A stretch of 64,000 bases of DNA from Lama glama (taxonomy: Eukaryota): the NCBI GenBank assembly GCA_028534125.1, contig CM052843.1:22010001-22074000 (forward strand). The letters run 5' to 3'. The notes beneath the pieces were generated by a model that ran no database searches, had not been told where the DNA came from, and worked only from the letters and a program-made list of their open reading frames with translations. Positions 12,427 through 22,125 of the stretch are shown here, piece after piece (within the stretch, counting starts at the first letter, position 1; each line of letters opens with the position of its first letter). A program made the position numbers and the translations under genes.

Positions 12427-13610
12427 ATCACTATGCTATATACCAGAAACCAATACAACATTGCAAATCAACTATGATTTAATTTTTTAATCTTTTTGAA
12501 AAAGAAACAAAGCACCTGCTGGATATGAGTACATACAGGGATACCCTGTAACCATTAACTGTCGCAAACTCATAGTCACTATCCTTTCATGTTAGTTAAC
12601 AGTTCTCAGGGAATTTGCATGAGGATAACGCAGTGCCTGCCTTCACCAGGTATCCTCCACTCCACTCTTAAACAGCATCCCAGTCCTCCATCCAACAAAC
12701 AAATAAAACAAGGAAAGAAAATCGGAGACCTCATTTTGAACTGTTACTCCTGGTTGGCAGAATTTTTCTGCTTTCAGTGTAGCAAGGACAGTACATATAC
12801 TGTAAAATAATTTGTATTCAAAGGCATTTTCCCTTCTGAAGCTAAGCCAGTGACACGTTGGAGAATATTACAGGTTTTGTGCTCTGTGCTCAGCTAACCC
12901 ATGTATTGCTTAACTCAAAGAAGGTGTCCCAGCTGGTAAGAAGAGCAGCAAGTCTTTGGTTTGCAGTCACAGAGCCTGCCTTTCAAATAAGCAAAGGGTC
13001 CCTTTACTGGGGTATTTTCCAGAGCAGCAAGGTCGGGCTGCGCCCGGAGCCAGGGGCAGCTGTTAGCTTGTCTTTATTTGGGAGGCTGCCTCTTAACCAA
13101 CCTGAAAATTGCCAGGGGCTTTTCTCAGATTCCACTGACAGCCTCCACCCCCACCCACCCCCACCCACCCCCACCCACCCCCGAGAGCGAATGGGGGCAA
13201 AAAAAGATAGCTATTCCAAGTTCCTCTTGCTCTCAGTAACATCACCAAAAACTTGAAGGTATCCTGCAGCAGACTCCCTCCTGGCATCTGAGCAGAAGGA
13301 CTGACAACCTGAGAGCCAGCTCCTCGCCCTCCTGCACCCGCGGAACAGTCGTCCGGGCAACACACCTGCTCATCCCTGCAGCCCCTCGGGTTCCCAGACC
13401 TCCCTGAGGCCCCGAAGCCTCCCTGGTGTGACGCCCCCCACCGACATCCCCACACGGCACGCACACAGATTTCAGACCTTGAGGACTCACGGTGCAGTCC
13501 AGCCAAGGGGCTGTGAGCCCAAGCCAGCAGCACCTGGAGGGTCAAACCCGGACGTCACAGTCAGAGCACGGTCCGGCGCGCCTGCAGGGCTCTGCCGGCC
13601 AGACCGCGCC

Positions 13611-13797
13611 CGGCCCGGCAGCCAATCGGCGGCCGCCGAGCGTTGCCATGGCCACACCGCGTCTTCGGCGGCGCAGGGCTCGGCCCGGCAGCCAATCGGC
13701 GGCCGCCGAGACGTTGCCATGGCCACGCGGCCTGTGAGAGCCAAGCTCGCCCCAGCCCGGGAGCCAATCAGCGACCGCCCGGTGTTGCCATGGCCAC
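13611..13797 (+). promoter_or_regulatory. Three tandem CCAAT (NF-Y) + X-box (RFX) modules, ~71-bp period
   Basis: CCAAT at 13622, 13692 and 13764. GTTGCCATGGCCAC at 13642-13655, 13713-13726 and 13784-13797, each one mismatch from the RFX palindrome GTTGCCATGGCAAC. Confidence 0.85.
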
Positions 13798-13921
13798 GCC
13801 GAGAGTGAGGGACGCGCACGCGCGTGGTGGAGAACCGCAGCCGCTCCGCGCGCAGGGCTCGCAAGGGCCCCCGCAGCCACCCCCGGACACCCGCCGCGAG
13901 CCGGTGCCCTGAGCGCCCGAC

Positions 13922-13979
13922 ATGAACCGCAAGAAGCTGCAGAAGCTGACGGACTCCTTAACTAAAACTAGCAAGCACT
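13922..13979 (+). CDS. EFCAB1: EFCAB1 coding exon 1 ([19 protein letters not shown] + 1 nt)
   Basis: ATG at 13922 (gacATGa) with an in-frame TGA upstream at 13910-13912; donor GTAAGT at 13980. Confidence 0.95.
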
Positions 13980-16900
13980 GTAAGTAAGAATCAAGCGCCG
14001 GGCGGCAGAGGCTCCCTGGCCAGGTCTCCTGTCCCTCCCGGGGCGAGGGTCCCGCCTGCGGAGCCCGAGTGCGGGCCGAGCCCGTGCATGCCCAGCCCTA
14101 ACGAGAAATCTGGGGGGGAGCCCGACCGCAGCTCCTTGGGCGGCACCCACGCCCGCCCGGGGTCCCGAGGAGCGCTTCCAGGCATCCAGGCGCCCAGTTC
14201 CCCACACGCACGCACTCGCTTTGCAGACCCTCATTTAACGTGCCTCTGGGGCACAGAGGTGTGGTGTGTATGCCCAGGGGACACGCGCGGCTTTAGCCTC
14301 AGACGCAGACGGAAGACAAGGACGCAAAACCGCCGGACTCACGGAAAGTGGCACAACCAGCAGGCACCTGCTTTCTGGCTCTTCTTAGAGCAAATCAGCC
14401 CGCACAGGGCAAGTGCTGGGAACTTAGCAGGAGGCCCACGGGGGAAAGTGGGTGTCAGTGCCCACAGCCTCAGGAGGGATGAGCTGCGGGGGCACGGAGA
14501 CCTGGACCTCGGAGCGAGGAGGTTTGCTGGGAAACCAGACTGATCTGCTCCCAGCTCTAGAGCCCACTTTCCACAGTTTCCAAAGCGAAGGAAACTTGGC
14601 AGGTGGCAAGAGGCCCCTATGGAAGACGTCTGCTCTCATCTCACAAGCACTCTGAAAGGTGGCCCTAAAATTTCAGAGGTAACTTTAGAATTGTGTGCAA
14701 CTGAGAGGCAGAACTGTGCGTGGGCTGTGGATTGTGGCTTAGACCGGGAAGGGACTGTCTGACAAGCAGGTTTGTAAGGTGTGTGCTGATTGCAAAGCTA
14801 CTGGCTCCCTGAAGAAACAGAAGCCGTAATCCCAAGGCCATTGGTGCAAAACAGGAAGAACAAACATGTTTTGATGTGGTTTTAGATGTGACGGGATCTA
14901 CTCATATTTCATATCTAAAATAATGAGTGGTAGGAGATGCTTTCAGGATGGCACTGGGAATAAAAGTTCCAGTGGATATAAGCATCCTAAACTTCCAAAA
15001 AAAGTCATCCTATAATTAAGATATTATTATGATTATTATAATCTGATGAGAATTTTGTTCTGTTGTTGTTTTTCTTAAAATACTTCCATTTCTGGGAAAA
15101 GACCAGATCTCCTTAAAACATCTACCAAACTTTGAATAAACAATGCGAAACTGCTATACACAATGCTGAATTTGATTCAGTCTGTTTAGTGAGTTTACAA
15201 CATGTCGCAGACATTCCAAGAATGTATTTAGAGGTGAATGTACTTAAAGATAAGTGAAACCATGGCAATAAAACCAGTCTTGATTTTTGTTCTTACATAA
15301 AATTTTTAGTGTTTAAAAATTCATTCATAAGAACCTTGATGATTATTAGTTAAATTCTATAGAAATAGTGACAAATCATGGACATTATAATAATTTTGAG
15401 TTTCTTTAAATAGAAAACCTTTCTCCTGAAGTCAGGTTTCCTTCTAGTTGCCAGGTGATAATCCCAGCAGGGTGAAGTGGATAAATTTTGTAGAATCAGA
15501 GAAGAAGAAATTCCCTTAAGTGGAGGCCTAGTTAATCCACCACACTACAGAACAGACTCAGACCAATCCAAAAAGAGGAAAGCCAGTTCTCAAATTTCCT
15601 TAACTTCATTTAGTTTTGTATTCTTGAATTTAAGAAACATTTCAGCAAAAAATAATTTATCTTACAGAAAAAAATTACCCATCTTGGAACCTTTGGGTAA
15701 TAATTTAAGTTAATATATATTCTTTCACTTTTATTGCAGCCGAGATAGAAAAGTGGCTCATCTACCTTCCCTCAGCTAGCGTTTCACACACGTAAACAGA
15801 TTGTGTCATTCTTCGTGCAAGTTTTTCTTCCCCAGCCATTAACTTTGTTATGGAATGTTTTATGTTTTAGAATTTTGTTTAATTTTTAGAATATTTTTAT
15901 GTGGGTAGATGTACGTAACATAAAACTTACCATTTTAACTACCGTAAGTGCACACAGCCTGTGGCAGTAAGCACACGCACACTGTTGTGCAACCATCACC
16001 ACCGTCATCTCCAGAACTTTCTCATTTTCCCAAACTGAAACTCTGTCCCCAGTAAACTGTAACTGCACTTGCCCCAGCCCCTGGCCCATCATTCTACGTT
16101 CTGCCTCTGAATCTCCCCACTCCAGGTACATCATGTAAGTGCACTCATACAATGTTCGTCCTTTTGTGTCTGGCTTATTTCGCTCATAATGTCTTCACGT
16201 TCATCCATGCCATAGTGTGTGTCACAGTTTCCTTCCTTCTTGAAGCTGAATCATAATCCATTGTCTGGACAGACCACATCCTTCTCGCCCGCTCATCCAT
16301 CCATAGATACCTGGCCGCTGTGAGCGCCGGTGTACGGGTGTCAAGGCCTGTGTTGTCCATCCTGCACGGTCCATGCCTAGCGGTGGAGTCACTGGATCTC
16401 GCAGTATTTCTCTGTTTCACTTTTTTTGAGGCAGTGACATACCATTTTCTATGGCAACCACTAGCTCTTTTTAAAATGATAACCATTACATTCTTTTCTA
16501 CTATTTAATCAATTTATTTATCAATCATTTATTTTCCAAAGTTTTCAGCCTTCATCTTAAATTGTGGTCCCCAGAGCTGGAAATCGCCCTGGCCTGCAGG
16601 ATGTGGTGTGATTTCTTCGTTCCTTTGTGCTGTCTTCCGTTGTGTGCATGCAGCCTCCACCCGTTTTAAAAAATACTCAACCATAATTTTGTCGGTTTTG
16701 AAATAAAATCTTCCCCATCTTCCACCTATACCTCCTATTTAACCTCACTGTCGTGTTCTTAATGCCAGACACCAACGCTTCCACCCGCACACCTCAGACA
16801 GCGATTGGGACACAGTTAGCCCCGTGTTTATAAACACCGCCCGCCCACAGTTACATGTGTGACAAGCTCACGTGTGTGTGCACACCCTGGAGATAAAAGT

Positions 16901-19900
16901 GTCCTTCCTCCAAAGTGCTGCTGGACAGTTGCATGTTTTCACATCATCCACCATGAGAACTGGCATGGGTGCTAAAAGATGCTTAAGTCCTTCCTTATTG
17001 GAAAGTAGCTGATTCTGGTTTCCAAAACCTGGATTACGGATTCACCAAGGCTGATTGAAATGAAAACTGTTGCCTTGCTTTCATGAGCCTGGTGTTGTAT
17101 TCCCAGGGGAAGGTTAATTTGCAAGCCTCATCAATGCTTCTAATCAAAAAGTACCTTAACACCCCCTTGCTTGCTTTGACTCCTCCCTCTATGGCTTTGT
17201 CAAGCTTAGAGTCTGGACCCACAGTCACTCTGCGGGTAACTTGGCAAAGCTCTCTTCTTCTCTCCCAAGTGGGGCTGAACTTACACCTGCCTGAGGGAGG
17301 GGCTGCTGCTCCTGCCTCCATGGGGCCCTCAGGAGTGGCGTCTTCTGTTGGCCTGGGGGCCACGAAACTCAGCCCAGGACAGTCGCCTGTCGACAGCAAC
17401 ATATTTATGGCTTCAATGTTGTTTGTCTATAAAGTCTTCAAATGCAACATTTAAGCTAGAAACTAAAGATTAAAATGCATTTTGCCACGTCTTGATTTTA
17501 CTCTTTCACAGTTAATAAATTTGAAGTGAAATGTCTCATCAGTCTTTTCTATAACCTGGTGGGAGATGTAACCGAGCGGCAGGGTGTGGTCATTGGACTC
17601 GATCGCAATGCGTTTCGAAACATCCTGCATGTGACATTTGGAATGACAGATGACATGACCATGGACAGAGGTAAGAGGACAATCTTCAGATGGGCCAAAT
17701 CCAGCCATAACAGGGGAAAGTAGTTTGGGGTTTAGACATGCTCTTGGTGGGAAGCTTAACTTCTACATTCCCAGTTCCACCCAGAAATAAACCTCGGTTT
17801 ATATTCATGGGTAGGGAGATGGGGGGCGTAGGGAGGAGATGGGCATAGGGAGGAGACGGGGGCTGTAGGGAGGAGATGGGGGGCGTAGGGAGGAGATGGG
17901 GGTGTAGGGAGGGAGGTGGGGACCACTCTTTCTGTGTTTCTGTGTATTTAAGAAGAGGACAAAGCTTGGCTAACTAGGTTTCCCTTACTTTATATTAGAA
18001 ACCCTGAAATATTTCTCTTTCTACTTCATAAGTATAATAATAAAAAATTTGAAAAGGACCTGTATATTTCCTTAAATCATCAAAAGTATTTCCATAAAAA
18101 TAACATAATCTTATCTGTCACGTAATAGCATTACTCTTCTTGAGTAATAAAGACATAAAATCATATATTTTATGTTAATATATCAACGTATTTAATATAC
18201 CAGTATGTTCATATGTGAGCTGTTGGATCAATATGCTTAGACATTCAGAATTTACTTGTTCCCACAAAATGTCAAGGGACTCTTCCCAAAGCTTCAGTGA
18301 AAGTTCCCAGTGTTTCGACATCTCAGTGTCCTCCGTGGTCAGATGAGGGCACGGGGCCACGCGGCCCTGTGGTCCTGCCTGAAAGGTGGGCAGCACCAAA
18401 GCAGACGCATCACTGAGAACAGAAGCCCAGCACGCGTGTCCTGCCTGCTTCTCTCTCCGCAGTTTTCCGAGGTTTTGACAAAGACAACGACGGCTGTGTG
18501 AGTGTAACGGAGTGGGTGTGTGGACTATCAGTGTTTCTTCGAGGGACTCTGGAAGAAAAAATGAAATGTAAGCCTTCACGTTGCCCTCTCGGCTTGTTCA
18601 CGAGGTCCCTAAGGAGTCTAGCCCGGCGCCCTCCGGCCCAGCTGGGACGGTGGGCTTGTCTGCTGTCTGGTGGTTTGAATTCCCAGCAGCCTCTTTTATG
18701 GAGTGAATTCAAGTCAATGATAAGGATTGAAAAAAAAAATGAGAAAGAGGAAAATCAGGAGATTCCGAGGAGGAATCCGTGCCAAGCAAGACCGCGCAGG
18801 CTGACCACATATGCACACTTGCGTATGAAGGTGGGGAGCGCCTTACATACCTCATCACTGGAGTCGGAACCACAAAGGGAGAGAACATGGGTGCAAGTGT
18901 TCCCACTCTCAGTTAACTCCTCATTCACTCCAGGGGGCTCCGTTTCAGTCAGTTTCCCAAGATTTTCAAGATGAAATGTTAACTTGTCGGTGTTCCCGGC
19001 ACGCTCCCCGCAGCTGAGAGTGAAGAAGGTTGTTCTAAGATTGTCGAGTAGAGTCGACAAGTAGGCCTGCAGCCCTTTTTACAGAAACCGGGTTGCACGG
19101 AGGCCTTTGGCCTGAGAAGGACATTAACACTAGAGCCCTGGGCTCTGACCACTTGATTAGAGTGAGTGTCCCCTTGCTGACAGTAGCAAATTCTTGTTGG
19201 TTATTTTTTTTTTCAAGATTGCTTTGAAGTGTTTGATCTGAACGGCGATGGATTCATCTCAAAGGAGGAGATGTTCCACATGTTGAAGAACAGCCTTCTC
19301 AAGCAGCCGTCCGAAGAAGACCCTGACGAAGGAGTTAAAGATTTGGTCGAAATAACACTCAAGAAAATGGTAAATATGGGCAAGCTAGGCCACATAGGGG
19401 AGAGAAGTAAGAATTCAAATCACAGTGCCCACGTTTCCCACGTAGTGAAGTAATGCTCTTAGAGCGTGCTCTTTTGTTACGTAAAAGTTCTCTTCGACGT
19501 CAGTATCTGCCAGCTTTCCCCTGCTGATACTTGAACTGGAGGAGCAGTAGGTATTGGTGGTGGTGTCAGCATGTTAACTGATGCATGGCTGGCCCCCCAG
19601 GACCGCGACCACGACGGGAAGCTGTCCGTCGCAGACTACGAACAAGCCGTCAGAGAAGAGACTCTCCTACTGGAAGCATTTGGACCATGTCTGCCTGACC
19701 CAAAGGTGACAGTACTGCTTTCGCTGAACAGTGACCAAAATATACCGTAGGGCCAGCAGCCCAGGGCTTCCTGGTTTGGGGGGTGATCAGGTGAACCACA
19801 TTCCCCTCAGAAAATGGCTTCAGAAGAGAGAAAGCCCACTGAAGACAACAGCTGGTTCATGGCCTGGTACCTAGATGGATGGGTGGGTGGGTGGGGGATG

Positions 19901-20777
19901 GAAGGGTGGATGGGTGGGTGGGTGGATGGGTGGACAGATCTCGTAAGTGCCTGGTGCAGAGTTCTGGATCTCTGTCCTTCTGTCTCCTCAGGAATTTCAT
20001 CATTTACCTGCATCTTTACATTTCAACCTCTTCCCTCACTACTAAAACCTTTCTATCAGAATTTAAACAGATCTAAACCTGTCGCATCTGACAAACAAAA
20101 GAGAAGGGAGGGAGGGAAAGAACGTCCCCGAATCCCACACCTGCCCCTATTTGCTGTCCGAGGCTTTTTCACAGCCAGGCGTCTTAGAAGAATTGTCCGC
20201 ATTCGTGCCTTACACGACCACCACTTTCTCCTGTCTGCCCTTGACGCTGCTCTTGCCAAGGTCACCACGCCCGCCTAGTGAACAATCCCAAGGGTTCAGC
20301 TCTTGGGTTCTTGTCTTCCTCGCCCTCATCCCTTCCCCACCCCGAGCTCCTCGTCCAGCTTCTCCTGTCCAGGAAGCATCTGCGCTGCCCACCCCAGCCT
20401 GGCTGCGACATGGTCCTTCCTCCTGGACCCCCACTGTGTGCCCACCCTCCGGCCCGCCCTGCGGGCTCTGGCCTGTGAGCCGAGCTCAGTGGGCGGGGCT
20501 CCCGGGGCTGGACCACGTGGTCTCGCCTGCCTGAGACCCCAGAACTGCCCTGGGCCGGAGCGGAGTCACCCAGTTGCCAGCTGTGAGTGGTTCCTGACCC
20601 TCGCTCCTCCCCAGTCACTGCCGTCTCTCCAGACATTAAGGAGACACGGAGAACATTTCCTGTTGTTGTTCCCCCTTGTTGGAAGTCTGTACTAACGTGA
20701 GCACTTCTACTTCACAGAGCCAGATGGAATTTGAAGCCCAAGTATTCAAGGAGCCACACGAATTCAGCGAGATGTGA
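13922..20777 (+). CDS. EFCAB1: Calaxin / EF-hand calcium-binding domain protein 1, spliced 6-exon CDS, 212 aa
   Basis: Exons joined at GT-AG sites give [212 protein letters not shown]. Exon lengths 58+159+105+152+105+60=639 nt, phases consistent. Three EF-hand loops: [36 protein letters not shown]. Recognised as mammalian EFCAB1/CLXN from memory of the family sequence. Confidence 0.97.
15885..16460 (-). mobile_element. L1MB-like 3' end in EFCAB1 intron 1 (antisense)
   Basis: aacataaaacttaccattttaac...ttgtgcaaccatcaccacc...tccagaactttctcattttcccaaactgaaactctgt...tttgtgtctggcttatttcgct matches the reverse complement of L1MB 3' ends. Confidence 0.85.
17512..17670 (+). CDS. EFCAB1: EFCAB1 coding exon 2 (FNKFEVK...MTMDR), 159 nt, phase 1-1
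   Basis: Acceptor ttttactctttcacag, donor gtaaga; overlaps ORF-track entry 17526..17723. Confidence 0.95.
17809..17921. repeat. G-rich minisatellite (~20-23 bp, gtagggaggagatgggggc-like) in intron 2
   Basis: Five to six imperfect copies of tagggaggagatggg. Confidence 0.9.
18463..18567 (+). CDS. EFCAB1: EFCAB1 coding exon 3 ([18 protein letters not shown]...EEKMK), 105 nt, phase 1-1
   Basis: Acceptor cttctctctccgcag, donor gtaagc; encodes an EF-hand loop. Confidence 0.95.
19218..19369 (+). CDS. EFCAB1: EFCAB1 coding exon 4 ([18 protein letters not shown]...LKKM), 152 nt
   Basis: Acceptor is a poly-T tract followed by caag, donor gtaaat; canonical EF-hand; overlaps ORF-track entry 19229..19453. 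Confidence 0.96.
19601..19705 (+). CDS. EFCAB1: EFCAB1 coding exon 5 ([13 protein letters not shown]...LPDPK), 105 nt, phase 0-0
   Basis: Acceptor ggccccccag, donor gtgaca; encodes the last EF-hand loop and the [11 protein letters not shown] motif. Confidence 0.94.
19874..19934. repeat. (GGAT/GGGT)n simple repeat in intron 5
   Basis: gatggatgggtgggtgggtgggggatggaagggtggatgggtgggtgggtggatgggtgga. Confidence 0.9.
20718..20777 (+). CDS. EFCAB1: EFCAB1 terminal coding exon ([19 protein letters not shown])
   Basis: Branch point TACTAAC at 20690-20696, acceptor cttctacttcacag, stop TGA at 20775-20777. Confidence 0.93.
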   Translation, partial: SQMEFEAQVFKEPHEFSEM

Positions 20778-21890
20778 ATCCCTGAATGTCTGTGTTGTCT
20801 CAAGCGAGCGAATGAGGAGGCACATACAGACTGTGTGTCTTTCCTGCTCCGCTCAGGAGGTGACTGCGCACTCGAGGGTGGGGGACAGGGTTGACCGACA
20901 CGTAGCGCCCGGCTTTGGTTAGGATGCAAGTAAATCAGCCGAAGACAGGAAGCTCCCTGTGACACGTTGCTGGGTTGGCCGGACGGGTTACGTGCTAGAG
21001 ACGCCTTATCACCCAGACTTATCTGTTGACACACGTAACTGTCATGAAATGTTTGTATGAAGGAGATGAACAGAGAGATTACATAAGCATGAGTTATTTT
21101 CTTCATGTCAGAAAGATGCTGGGAATACATTTAAAAAATCACTGAAGCTCCTGAATTTCCTTTGGAGCAGTAAAGAGTCAAGACAACATCAGAGAGAAGG
21201 ATTCTGGCAGCGGGCCCTGGAAGGTGTTTCCACTGGGCACCGAGGGGGCTCAGGGACACGGAGCCTGCATTCGAACGACCTGTGTCCCTGCCTGAGGCCT
21301 CAGCGTGACAGCCTGGCTGCCCGCGGCCAGAATGGGCCTCCATGAACACTGTGGGTTGAAAGTACAAAGAACCCCAGACAGACCCCCACGAGGGGCAGAG
21401 GGGCAGTGGGCCTTCCTGGGCTTGATGGACAAGGCCTGGCCTCTGGGGTCACCCCAGTGACCCTCGCAGGGGGATGCAAAGCCCCCTCTCTGTTCTGTCT
21501 CCCTCTGTCTCCACCGCCAGCCCCTCTCTGTCCCCTTGGACCTGCCCCCCAGGATTCCTCTCCTGTAGCCCCTCATCCCAGGTCACAGCCCACGGTGCCC
21601 GCTGGCCAGGGACTCCTGCGGCCACCGCTCCCCCGGCCTCCTCCTGCCCAGCAGGTGTCTGTGGCCATAGAGGGAGTGTTGGGAATGCGACCTCAGTCTG
21701 GTCCTGGGCTGCGCTCTGCCTCCCGCAAAGGCTCCCGGGCAGGCTGCTGGGAGGGGACACCTCTGTCCACCAGAAGCACTCAGAGGCTGCTCCAGATATT
21801 AAGTCCCTTTTGTGATTGCATGTGCTCTGCTCTGATTAAGCAAAAACACACTGCGTGAAACAGAAAAGTAGACTGTTAAAAAGTGGACTG

Positions 21891-22083
21891 TATAGAAAAT
21901 AGACAAACAGCAAGGTCCTACTGTGCAGCTCAGGGAACCGTATTCAGCAGCCTGGGGTCACCTGTCAGGAAGAAGTGTGTGAGCAGGAACAGACATGTGT
22001 ACACACATGACCGCAGCACGCCGCCGTGCACCAGAAACCAGCCCCCTGCAACTGACCGTGCTTCAGTAAAAAAGGGGAAAAAA
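21891..22083 (+). mobile_element. Artiodactyl L1 3'-end fragment inside the putative EFCAB1 3' UTR, GC-shifted
   Basis: Colinear with 12280-12480 (aaaatagacaaacagcaaggtcctactgtgcagctcagggaaccgtattc...ccagaaacc...cttcagtaaaaaa). Confidence 0.8.
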
Positions 22084-22119
22084 GACTGCTACGAGTAAAT
22101 GGAATATGCACCTTCATGA

Positions 22120-22125
22120 AATAAA
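22120..22125 (+). terminator. Candidate EFCAB1 polyadenylation signal AATAAA
   Basis: First AATAAA I could find after the stop codon, followed by a U/GU-rich tract (ttttgctgtccaagtgtcttctt); implies a 3' UTR of about 1.35 kb. Confidence 0.55.

Larger units (their letters stand above)
11819..12502 (+). mobile_element. 5'-truncated, relatively young artiodactyl L1 (ORF2 C-terminus + 3' UTR), interrupted by a gap
   Basis: ttaccctatgatcgagcaatcccactcctggacatatatcc (ORF2 end); typical 3' UTR with internal (TA)n; 16-bp TSD AGAAACACAGCACCTG (11803-11818) / AGAAACAAAGCACCTG (12503-12518). Confidence 0.88.
13560..14340. promoter_or_regulatory. CpG-island promoter of EFCAB1
   Basis: Dense CG dinucleotides spanning exon 1; NRF1-like GCGCACGCGC at 13814-13823; no obvious TATA box. 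Boundaries approximate. Confidence 0.85.

Noticed and set aside
13611-13797. CRISPR-like repeat-spacer pattern (also 8776-8895)
   Set aside because: The context is eukaryotic, the spacers are homologous to each other and there are no cas genes; tandem duplication explains the pattern.
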